A stretch of 64,000 nt of DNA from Dehalococcoidia bacterium (GTDB taxonomy: Bacteria; Chloroflexota; Dehalococcoidia; Lucifugimonadales; Australimonadaceae). The notes under the pieces were generated by a model. That model did not search any database. It was not told where the DNA came from and saw nothing but the letters and a program-made list of their open reading frames with translations. The stretch covers positions 2,330,183 to 2,394,182 of the forward strand of contig OZ220673.1 of the NCBI GenBank assembly GCA_965116305.1, written 5' to 3'. A program made the translations under genes and the position numbers. Of this stretch, positions 18,704-26,499 are shown one piece after another (position 1 is the stretch's first letter; each line of letters starts with the position of its first letter).

Positions 18704-19246
18704 ATGCGCACGATAACCGTCAGCAGCAAGAACCAGATAACCATTCCCGTCGCCATCCTCCGGGAAGTTGGCATCAACCCCGGCGACACGCTGGCCGCAG
18801 CCGTCATAGACGGGGACATCGTCCTTGTCAAGGAGCCGGAGAGCTGGGTGCAGTATTTTCAGGGGAGTATGAAAGGGGCCTATGGCGGCACCAAAGAGAG
18901 CATCGACCGTTATGTCCTCCGCGAGCGCGAGAGCTGGTACGAGCCGCTGCCCGAGCACACCAGCGACTCGGACCCGCGCGAGTGGTGCAAACGGTTCGAG
19001 GACCTTTACGCCACGGACAGCGGCGTGCGGGCAGTCACCGACACGCTCATGGACTGCCCGCACCACGTGGCCACTTTCCCCGACCTGGCGTGGCTCATCC
19101 CCGAGAACGGCCACCCCACCGACCTGACCCAGACGCTGGACAGGCTCACGTCCAACCGCTGGGTGCGCCGCATCCCGGCGCAGGATGAGGAGCCGGAGCG
19201 CTACCGGCTGGACGGCGAGATAGCAGCGTCGCTCAAGGCCGCATGA
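18704..19246 (+). CDS. vapB: AbrB/SpoVT-family antitoxin with a long C-terminal extension of about 130 aa
   Basis: N-terminus MRTITVSSKNQITIPVAILREVGINPGDTL..DGDIVLV is a SpoVT/AbrB swapped-hairpin motif. ATGA overlap with the downstream PIN gene. Confidence 0.75.
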   Translation: MRTITVSSKNQITIPVAILREVGINPGDTLAAAVIDGDIVLVKEPESWVQYFQGSMKGAYGGTKESIDRYVLRERESWYEPLPEHTSDSDPREWCKRFEDLYATDSGVRAVTDTLMDCPHHVATFPDLAWLIPENGHPTDLTQTLDRLTSNRWVRRIPAQDEEPERYRLDGEIAASLKAA

Positions 19247-19698
19247 TGACGTCGACCCTGAGCGACGCTCTCGCGGGCAGCACACGGATAGCGTTCGACA
19301 CCAACGCCGTCATCTACTACCTGGAGAACGTCTATCCATACGGCGCCTACGCGGCGCAGGCGTTCTCGCTCCTTGCGAGCGGCGCAGCGGTCGGCTTCGT
19401 ATCGACCATGGTGGAGATGGAGACGCTGGTGCGCCCGCTCCGCATACGTGACAGGGGGCTGTTGTTCTCTATACGCCGGTTCTTCGCCCTCCACCCCAAC
19501 CTGTACATCACTCCCATAAATAGCGATATCGCGCAGGAGGCAGCGCAGGTGCGCGCCTCCACCAACTTGAAGGCGCCGGATGCTATCATCGCTGCGACCG
19601 CCGCAGCTGACCGCTGCGACGTCATCATCGGCAACGACCGCGCCTTCGCCAGGAACAGCGCAGTCCCCTACCTGGTCCTGGACGATTTCGCCGTCTGA
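19243..19698 (+). CDS. vapC: PIN-domain ribonuclease toxin (VapC-like)
   Basis: Acidic PIN residues in the usual order: IAFDTNAV (D), VEMETL (E), [10 protein letters not shown] (D), IIGNDRAF (D). Confidence 0.85.
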   Translation: MMTSTLSDALAGSTRIAFDTNAVIYYLENVYPYGAYAAQAFSLLASGAAVGFVSTMVEMETLVRPLRIRDRGLLFSIRRFFALHPNLYITPINSDIAQEAAQVRASTNLKAPDAIIAATAAADRCDVIIGNDRAFARNSAVPYLVLDDFAV

Positions 19699-19717
19699 AA
19701 TAGAAGCGGAGGATCGG

Positions 19718-21121
19718 ATGGCCCCCAAGACGATGTTCGAGAAGATTTGGGATGCCCACGTCGTGCGGGAGGAGGAGGGCAAACCCTCCCTGCTCTACGT
19801 CGATCTGCACCTCGTCCACGAGGTCACGTCGCCCCAGGCGTTCGACGGCCTTCGGCTCAACAACCGCCGCATCCGCAGGCTCGACAAGACCGTCGCCGTC
19901 GCCGACCACAACGTCCCCACCAACGACCGCGACAAGCCCCTCACGGACGAGGTCTCGAAGGCGCAGCTCGAGGCGATGCAGCGCAACGCCGACGAGTTCG
20001 GCCTCGAGTACCACGACATGTTCAGCGAGAAGCAGGGCATCGTCCACGTGATCGGGCCGGAGCAGGGACGCACGCAGCCCGGCATGATCATCGTCTGCGG
20101 CGATAGCCACACCGCGACGCACGGCGCCGTCGGCGCGATGGCGTTCGGCATCGGCACGTCGGAGGTCGAGCACGTCCTGGCGACCCAGTGCATCTGGCAG
20201 GCGAAGCCGAAGACGATGGAGGTCCGTGTGGACGGCACGCTCGGCTTCGGCGTCACGCCCAAGGACGTCATCCTCGCCATCATCGGGAAGATCGGCACGT
20301 CCGGCGGCATCGGCCACGCCATCGAGTACACCGGCTCCGTCTTCCGCGACATGTCCATGGAAGGCCGCATGACGGTCTGCAACATGTCTATCGAGGCCGG
20401 CGCGCGAACCGGTATGGTCGCGCCCGACGAGACGACGTTCGCCTACCTGAAGGGGCGCGAGTACGCCCCGAAGGGCGAGGACTGGGACGCCGCCGTCGAG
20501 CGCTGGACCGCCCTCCGCACCGACCCCGACGCGGTGTTCGACACCGTCGTCACGCTCGACGCCGCCGACATCCAGCCCCAGGTGACGTGGGGCACGAACC
20601 CCGCGCAGGTGCTCCCCGTAGGCGGGCGCGTCCCCACGCCGGACGAGTTCGAGTCGTCGCAGGAGCAGGGCGCCGTGGAGAAGGCGCTCGCGTACATGGG
20701 CCTGAACGGCGGCGAGCGCATCCAGGACATCGCCGTCGACACCGTCTTCATCGGCTCGTGCACCAACTCCCGCATCGAGGACCTTCGCGCCGCTGCGGAC
20801 GTGGCACGGGGCAAGCAGAAGGCGGACAGCGTCCGGGCGCTCGTTGTACCCGGCTCGTGGGCCGTGAAGCAGCAGGCGGAGCAGGAGGGACTCGACCAGG
20901 TGTTCACCGACGCCGGGTTCGAATGGCGCGACGCCGGATGCTCCATGTGCCTCGCCATGAACCCGGACCGCCTGGCCCCGGGCGAGCGCAGCGCCTCGAC
21001 CTCCAACCGCAACTTCGAGGGGCGGCAGGGCCCCGGCGGACGCACGCACCTCGTCAGCCCGCCCATGGCAGCCGCAGCCGCCATCGCGGGGCACTTCGTG
21101 GACGTGCGCGAACTCAACTAA
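19718..21121 (+). CDS. leuC: 3-isopropylmalate dehydratase large subunit
   Basis: [23 protein letters not shown] and [11 protein letters not shown] aconitase-family motifs. ATG 19718 follows GGAGG. Confidence 0.95.
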   Translation: MAPKTMFEKIWDAHVVREEEGKPSLLYVDLHLVHEVTSPQAFDGLRLNNRRIRRLDKTVAVADHNVPTNDRDKPLTDEVSKAQLEAMQRNADEFGLEYHDMFSEKQGIVHVIGPEQGRTQPGMIIVCGDSHTATHGAVGAMAFGIGTSEVEHVLATQCIWQAKPKTMEVRVDGTLGFGVTPKDVILAIIGKIGTSGGIGHAIEYTGSVFRDMSMEGRMTVCNMSIEAGARTGMVAPDETTFAYLKGREYAPKGEDWDAAVERWTALRTDPDAVFDTVVTLDAADIQPQVTWGTNPAQVLPVGGRVPTPDEFESSQEQGAVEKALAYMGLNGGERIQDIAVDTVFIGSCTNSRIEDLRAAADVARGKQKADSVRALVVPGSWAVKQQAEQEGLDQVFTDAGFEWRDAGCSMCLAMNPDRLAPGERSASTSNRNFEGRQGPGGRTHLVSPPMAAAAAIAGHFVDVRELN

Positions 21122-21157
21122 CGAGACCGGACACGGCTCCGGCGCAGGAGTAGACGG

Positions 21158-21745
21158 ATGGACGCTTTCACCAAACACACCGGCAAGGTCGTTCCCTACG
21201 ACATGCCGAACGTCGACACCGACCAGATCATCCCGGCGCGCTTCCTCAAGAAGATCGACCGCGTCGGCTTCGGCGAACTGCTCTTCTACGAGCTCCGCTA
21301 CGAGGAGGACGGCTCCTCCAGGCCCGGCTTCATCCTCAACCAGCCGCAGTATGCCGGCGGCACCATCCTGGTGAGCGGGCCGCAGTTCGGCATCGGCTCG
21401 TCGCGTGAGCACGCGCCGTGGGCTATCCAGCAGTACGGCTTCCGCGTCGTCATCGCGCCGAGTTTTGGCGACATCTTCCGCAACAACTGCTACCAGAACG
21501 GCCTGCTCCCCGTCATGCTCGCCGCCGCCGAGGTCGACACCATCATCGCCCGCGCCCAGGAGGTCCAGGGCTACGAGCTGACCGTCGACCTCGAGGCGCA
21601 GCAGGTCACCGACAGCCTCGGCCTCGTCGCGTCGTTCGACATCGACCCCTTCCGCAAGGAGAACCTCGTGCAGGGGCTGGACGACATCGGCCTCACGATG
21701 CAGCACGAGTCGGCGATAGACGCATTCGAGAGCACCAACGCCTGA
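21158..21745 (+). CDS. leuD: 3-isopropylmalate dehydratase small subunit
   Basis: GxNFGCGSSREHA-type motif (GPQFGIGSSREHAPWA), 195 aa. Confidence 0.95.
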   Translation: MDAFTKHTGKVVPYDMPNVDTDQIIPARFLKKIDRVGFGELLFYELRYEEDGSSRPGFILNQPQYAGGTILVSGPQFGIGSSREHAPWAIQQYGFRVVIAPSFGDIFRNNCYQNGLLPVMLAAAEVDTIIARAQEVQGYELTVDLEAQQVTDSLGLVASFDIDPFRKENLVQGLDDIGLTMQHESAIDAFESTNA

Positions 21746-21786
21746 GACCCACTCCGCCGCGACAGTCGGCATCCCGAGGTACGCAC

Positions 21787-22887
21787 ATGGCCACTTTCGA
21801 CATCATGGTTCTGCCGGGCGACGGCATCGGCCCGGAGGTCACGGGAGCGTCGCAGCAGGTGCTGGACGCCGTCGCAGCCCGCTGGAAGCACAACTTCCGC
21901 TACCAGACCGACACGGTCGGGGGCGGCGCCATCGACGCCTACGGCACGCCCCTGCGGGACGAGACCGTCCGCACTGCCAAACGAGCGAACGCCGTGCTCT
22001 TCGGCGCCGTCGGCGGCCCGAAGTGGGACAACGAGCCAGTCCGACCGGAGGCGGCCATCCTCGGTCTCCGCAAGGCGCTCGGCCTCTACGCCAACATCCG
22101 CCCGGTGAAGGTCTTCCCCGGCATGGAGGGCGCGAGCCCGCTCAAGGACGACCGCGTGCGCGGCGCGGACATGGTCATCCTGCGCGAGCTCACCGGCGGC
22201 CTCTACTACGCCCCGCCCAAGAAGCGCTGGGAGACGAAGGCCGGACGCAAGGGCGTCGACACGCTCCTCTACACCGAGAAGGAGATCGAGCGCATCCTGC
22301 GCGTCGGCTTCGAGCTCGCCCGCTCCCGTCGCAAGAAGCTCACCTCGGTCGACAAGGCGAACGTCCTCCAGTCCTCACGCCTCTGGCGAGAGATAGCCAT
22401 CGAGGTCTCGAAGGACTACCCGGACGTCGAGTTGGAGCACCAGCTGGTCGACTCCTGCGCGATGGTCCTCATCACCCGTCCCACGAGCTTCGACGTGATG
22501 GTCATGGAGAACATGTTCGGCGACATCATCTCGGACGAGGCCGCCGTCCTCTCCGCATCGCTCGGCATGCTGCCGTCCGCCAGCCTCGCCGGACTCCCCG
22601 GCAAGGACGCGAAGGGCAGGACGCGCAAGGTGAAGGGTCTCTACGAGCCGAGCCACGGCAGCGCGCCCGACATCGCGGGCCAGGGCAAGGCCAACCCCGT
22701 CGGCTCCATCCTCAGCGCGGCATTCATGCTGCAGTACTCGTTCGGACTCGCCGAGGAGGCCGCCGCCGTCAACGCTGCGGTCGAGAGCGCGCTGAACGAC
22801 GGCCACCGCACGGCCGACCTCGCCCCTCCCGGTGCGGAGTTTTCCACCACCCAGCACATGACCGACATGATCCTCGAGCGGCTGTAG
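21787..22887 (+). CDS. leuB: 3-isopropylmalate dehydrogenase
   Basis: VLPGDGIGPEV and NMFGDIISDEAAVLSASLGMLPSASL signatures. ATG at 21787. Confidence 0.95.
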   Translation: MATFDIMVLPGDGIGPEVTGASQQVLDAVAARWKHNFRYQTDTVGGGAIDAYGTPLRDETVRTAKRANAVLFGAVGGPKWDNEPVRPEAAILGLRKALGLYANIRPVKVFPGMEGASPLKDDRVRGADMVILRELTGGLYYAPPKKRWETKAGRKGVDTLLYTEKEIERILRVGFELARSRRKKLTSVDKANVLQSSRLWREIAIEVSKDYPDVELEHQLVDSCAMVLITRPTSFDVMVMENMFGDIISDEAAVLSASLGMLPSASLAGLPGKDAKGRTRKVKGLYEPSHGSAPDIAGQGKANPVGSILSAAFMLQYSFGLAEEAAAVNAAVESALNDGHRTADLAPPGAEFSTTQHMTDMILERL

Positions 22888-22896
22888 GCCGCGCCG

Positions 22897-23637
22897 ATGC
22901 TCGAGATAGACATCAGCGCGCCTGTGGCCGCTGCGGTCGTCGCAACGTCGCTGGTCGCCGCCCTCATCGGCGGCGTCACCGGCATGAGCACCGGCATCAT
23001 CGCCATCCCCGTCCTCATCTTCGCGTTCGGTATACGCCTCGCCGTCCCCATCGTCACGGTCGCCATGCTGCTTAACACGCTTTCGCGCTCCGTCGCGAAC
23101 CGCGACTACGTGGACTGGCGCGTCGCCCGCTGGTACAGCCTCGGCGCGGTGCCCGCCGCCGCGCTCGGCGGCGTCGTCTTCGCGAACATCCCCACGGACT
23201 GGCTCGCGAGAGGGCTCGGCGTCTTCCTGCTCGCGCTCGTCGTCTACCGCCACATTCCCCTCGTTGCAGGGCGTGCGATGCCCCTTCGTGCCTTCCTCCC
23301 CGTCGGCATCGGCCAAGGCTTCTTCTCGGCGCTCTTCGGCGGCGCGGGGCCGTTCGGCGCGCACTTCTTCATGGCCTACGGACTCACCAAGAACGCGTTC
23401 GTCGGCACCGTCGCCGTCGGCACGTTCCTCGTCAGCATCGTCAAGACGGTCGTCTACGGCGGCTTCGCGCTCTTCACGCTGGAGACCTTCCTCATCGCCG
23501 TCGGCATCGGCCTCATCATGGCCGTGGGCGCCTATGCAGGCGCGCACATCGTCAAGCATGTGCCGGAGCGCCTCTTCATCTACGCGGTGGAGTTCTTCAT
23601 GATCGTCTCCGGCCTGCTGCTCCTGGCGACGGGATAG
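22897..23637 (+). CDS. TauE/SafE family (DUF81) anion exporter, copy 1
   Basis: 246-aa polytopic membrane protein with internally repeated GxGGG-type segments typical of DUF81. Paralogous to the next gene. Confidence 0.8.
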   Translation: MLEIDISAPVAAAVVATSLVAALIGGVTGMSTGIIAIPVLIFAFGIRLAVPIVTVAMLLNTLSRSVANRDYVDWRVARWYSLGAVPAAALGGVVFANIPTDWLARGLGVFLLALVVYRHIPLVAGRAMPLRAFLPVGIGQGFFSALFGGAGPFGAHFFMAYGLTKNAFVGTVAVGTFLVSIVKTVVYGGFALFTLETFLIAVGIGLIMAVGAYAGAHIVKHVPERLFIYAVEFFMIVSGLLLLATG

Positions 23638-23639
23638 CC

Positions 23640-24365
23640 GTGGACCCGGTCGTCCTCGCCAGCCTCGGCGTGGTCGCCTTCCTCTCCGCCGTCATCGGTG
23701 GGCTCGCGGGGCTCGGCTCCGCCATCATCATGATCCCGGCGCTCGCGTTCGCCGTCGGCATCCGCGAGGCCGTCCCTATCGCCACCATCGCCGTCATGAT
23801 GCAGACCTGGTCGCGCATCTGGGTGAACCGCCGCCTCATCGACCGCAGCGTCGTCAAGTGGTTCTTCATCGGCGCGCTGCCGACCTCGATCGTCGGCGCT
23901 ACGGCGTTCGCCAACCTCCCGGCGGACCTGCTGCAGAAGGCGTTCGCCGTCTTCCTGTTGCTCATCGTCGTCTACCGGCACACCCCCATCGCCGGGCGGG
24001 GGATGCCGATGGACCCGCGAGCGTTCGTTGGCGTCGGCGCGGGGCAGGGCTTCCTCTCCTCGCTCTTCGGCGGCGCGGGGCCATTCGGCGCGTCGTTCTT
24101 CCTCGCCTACGGGCTCCGGCGCGGCGCGTTCGTCGGCACGATGGCCTCCGGCATGACCATCATCAACGTCGTCAAGATAGGCATCTACGGCTCGTTCGCC
24201 CTGGTCGACACGAGCGCCCTGCTCCTCGCTCTCTCGCTCGGCCTCGTCATGGTCGCGGGCGCGTACGTCGGCGGCGCAATCGTCAACCGCGTCTCCGACA
24301 AGGCGTTCGTCTACATCGTCGAGATCGTCATCGTTGCCGCGGCCATCTCGCTGCTGGTGCGGTAG
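23640..24365 (+). CDS. TauE/SafE family (DUF81) anion exporter, copy 2
   Basis: 241 aa with a GTG start. Colinear similarity to copy 1 (e.g. GQGF.S.LFGGAGPFGA.FF.AYGL). Confidence 0.8.
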   Translation: MDPVVLASLGVVAFLSAVIGGLAGLGSAIIMIPALAFAVGIREAVPIATIAVMMQTWSRIWVNRRLIDRSVVKWFFIGALPTSIVGATAFANLPADLLQKAFAVFLLLIVVYRHTPIAGRGMPMDPRAFVGVGAGQGFLSSLFGGAGPFGASFFLAYGLRRGAFVGTMASGMTIINVVKIGIYGSFALVDTSALLLALSLGLVMVAGAYVGGAIVNRVSDKAFVYIVEIVIVAAAISLLVR

Positions 24366-24398
24366 GCGGGATAATTCCCATCGATGGACAGGATAGGG

Positions 24399-24461
24399 GT
24401 CATTTCGAGCGAAGCCGTCCGGCGGTAGCCGGTGGCGCAGCCGAGGAATCTCTCGGGCAGG
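24399..24461 (+). repeat. dispersed hairpin repeat family 1, long variant
   Basis: GTCATTTCGAGCGAAGCCGTCCGGCGGTAGCCGGTGGCGCAGCCGAGGAATCTCTCGGGCAGG. Near-identical in reverse orientation to 26583-26641. A partial direct copy lies at 24765-24794. Confidence 0.85.
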
Positions 24462-24801
24462 CGGTGGGGAGAGAACGTTTCCGCGTTTACTCGTAGCAAG
24501 GAGTCCAAAACCGCTCATTCACCTCTGGATACAGCCCCGTGCGTGAGCGGTTCGACTGCTCATAACCGCTCATTCGCCGCTCATTCCTGTGCATCGCCGC
24601 TCGTTTCCGCCCATTTCTGCTCACCGGCCTCGCGGCTCGTCCGCGCCGCCAAGGCGCCCTGTGCAGCGATGCCAGAACCAGCGTACGCTCCCCTGCCGTG
24701 ACCGCGAAAGCGGCGCGTGTCACCAATCCGGGAAACCGACATTAGTGGACAGGATGGGGCATACCAAGCGCAGCCGAGGCACCTCCCGGGCAGGCGCCAC
24801 A

Positions 24802-24853
24802 CATCGTCGAGGTCGTCATCGTCGCCGCCGCGATCTCGCTGCTGGTGCGGTGA
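24802..24853 (+). pseudogene. orphan duplicate of the last 16 codons plus stop of the TauE copy-2 gene
   Basis: 46 of 52 nt identical to 24314-24365. Reads IVEVVIVAAAISLLVR-stop versus IVEIVIVAAAISLLVR-stop. No TauE-like sequence upstream in that frame (stop codon at 24743-24745). Confidence 0.65.
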
Positions 24854-24912
24854 GTGGCTTGTTGAATCGCATGGCTTCGACGAAATCTTCAGCTCTCAGA
24901 TTAGAGAGAATG

Positions 24913-25599
24913 CTATAGAGTAATCACGTTTAGCATGTTAGCGGGAAGAGGGACAACTAATTCGAAGTTGCACTGCTGGCATAGTATATGAAGCATACGC
25001 GGATCCGTTTCGCTCATGAATTCCTGTATCTCGTTGATTGTGATAAAAGCATCTCTCCCGTTTTCTGAGCGCAGACTGCTTATTGGTACTTGAGAAACCT
25101 CAATTAGAATAGGCTGTTTCTCTAATTCACGGAGACCTGATAGGTTTGGGTACTGCTTAAGTATTCGCCACGACAGACTCTTGTCGTGCTTCTCCAACTT
25201 CTCTAGCAAGGTGACCGTGTTAGATAGTAGTTCGGAACCATAGGCGTTCGCCGATGCATACTGTATTGCAGTGAGCCTAGAAGGCGACAGATACGTACCA
25301 CCGTGTCGAAAATTGAATCCTCCTCCGGTTACTAGTTGGTCGGCCATGTTCTGAAACATAAACTCTTGGGCAGCAAGGACTTGATCGCCGAACCAGTCGT
25401 GTCTCTTCATTGTCTCCAAGAGTTCAGACAGGAGTTCGTAGCTTCTGAACTCAACGTTGGGATCCTCTGCGCCAAGCCCAGACTCGCGAATAGAGGGCAA
25501 GAAGATTGTGCTCGTGCCATGGTATAGTGGAATAAGCATCCGGGTTCCATCTGTAATACTCGGGGCCATGTCTACACTATTTCCTTCCGCACCAGCCAA
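24913..25599 (-). CDS. hypothetical protein with a PARP/diphtheria-toxin-like H-Y-E ADP-ribosyltransferase signature (candidate; start may be ATG 25569 or 25539)
   Basis: The only ORF in an AT-rich tract. Motifs: LYHGT-x7-I-x3-GL, GGTY-x10-Y, PILIEV. See the findings entry. Confidence 0.55.
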   Translation of the reverse strand: MAGAEGNSVDMAPSITDGTRMLIPLYHGTSTIFLPSIRESGLGAEDPNVEFRSYELLSELLETMKRHDWFGDQVLAAQEFMFQNMADQLVTGGGFNFRHGGTYLSPSRLTAIQYASANAYGSELLSNTVTLLEKLEKHDKSLSWRILKQYPNLSGLRELEKQPILIEVSQVPISSLRSENGRDAFITINEIQEFMSETDPRMLHILCQQCNFELVVPLPANMLNVITL

Positions 25600-26235
25600 A
25601 CACCGCTCACTCCTTCAACGGTCTGTAGCATAGAGTAACCGCCTCCGCCTGCAGAGCCCTCATGCCTTACCCGCTACTATGACCCATGACTCCTCCCTCT
25701 ATCAACGCCTCTTCGGGTGACGCCCTAGCACGCCTCTGGAACTGCTCAGGCACGTACACGGGACGGACGCGCAGTTCGGCGCGAAGTGGCGCGATGTCTC
25801 CGTGCGTGTCGATACGCCCTTCGGTCAGTTGCTTGTCGGCTACGACGGCACGCTGCGGGTGTCTGCGGAAGACTAAGGAGTGACACCCGCCCCTATTGCG
25901 AACGGCCCCGGCCCACGTACGCTGGTTGCATGACCGTCGCACCGGCAGCACTTACAGACAGCACCTGTGGCTCCCGGTGCACAAGGACCAATCGATGAAA
26001 TCTTGGTTCCTTGGTCGCGGGAAGCAGGCCACGGCCACGGAAACACCCGGAGCAAGATTTCAAGAACGTCAGATCGGTTATCCCGTTCACTCGTAGACTG
26101 CCCATCAAGATTCCGGTTTCCGGCAGTGGTTGGGATCTTGATCGGCCACTCGTCGTCTCTCCGCCTCTGGCCAAACCCGGCCCCGGTGAGCGATAATAGG
26201 CCGTCAGCGACGAAAACAGGTCTCACGGAGCACTG

Positions 26236-26490
26236 ATGCCAGCGAAGAAAGCAGCCCGAGTCCAGGAGCGCCGCCGCATCGTCAACCGGCGCGTCCGCTC
26301 CAGCACCCGCACGGCGGTCAAGAAGGCCGTCCGCGCGCTCAACACCAACAACGAGGCGGCGGGCAGCGCCGTTCTCACGGCGGTCAGCAAGCTCGACCGC
26401 GCTGTCTCCAGGGGCATCGTTCACCGCAACGCCGCCGCGCGGAGCAAGTCCCGCCTCACGAAGCGGCTCAACACTGCCACCGCCGAGTAA
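26236..26490 (+). CDS. rpsT: 30S ribosomal protein S20
   Basis: MPAKKAARVQERRRIVNRRVRSSTRTAVKK... is a typical S20 sequence, 84 aa. Confidence 0.95.
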   Translation: MPAKKAARVQERRRIVNRRVRSSTRTAVKKAVRALNTNNEAAGSAVLTAVSKLDRAVSRGIVHRNAAARSKSRLTKRLNTATAE

Positions 26491-26499
26491 ACGCCCCCT

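Noticed and set aside
19625-21772. 715-aa minus-strand ORF
   Set aside because: It is antisense to the unmistakable leuC and leuD genes, has a repetitive Arg/Asp/Gly/Val composition, and carries no recognisable motifs.
24543-24566. tRNA-like T-arm (GAGCG-GTTCGAC-TGCTC) that might mark a tRNA-derived att site
   Set aside because: The loop register does not fit the G53-T54-T55-C56 rule. There is no acceptor, D or anticodon arm around it. It is better explained as part of the GCTCAT word array.
24511-24625. Possible CRISPR-like or tandem repeat array (GCTCAT words)
   Set aside because: The units are only 6-10 nt with 10-40 nt irregular spacing and no spacer-repeat architecture. No cas genes are present in the window.
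24915-25638. The 9-nt direct repeat ATAGAGTAA as a definitive target-site duplication
   Set aside because: It is not rejected as an observation, but it is not accepted as proof. The AT-rich tract extends about 60 nt beyond the left copy, and no terminal inverted repeats were found, so a chance match in AT-rich sequence remains possible.
25667-25951. Integrase relic, suggested by the C-terminal ...GVMGHSSG resembling the LGHSS motif of tyrosine recombinases
   Set aside because: No R-H-R-Y context or other recombinase motif appears in any frame around it. The match is a 4-residue coincidence. The ORF is kept only as an unexplained possible gene fragment.
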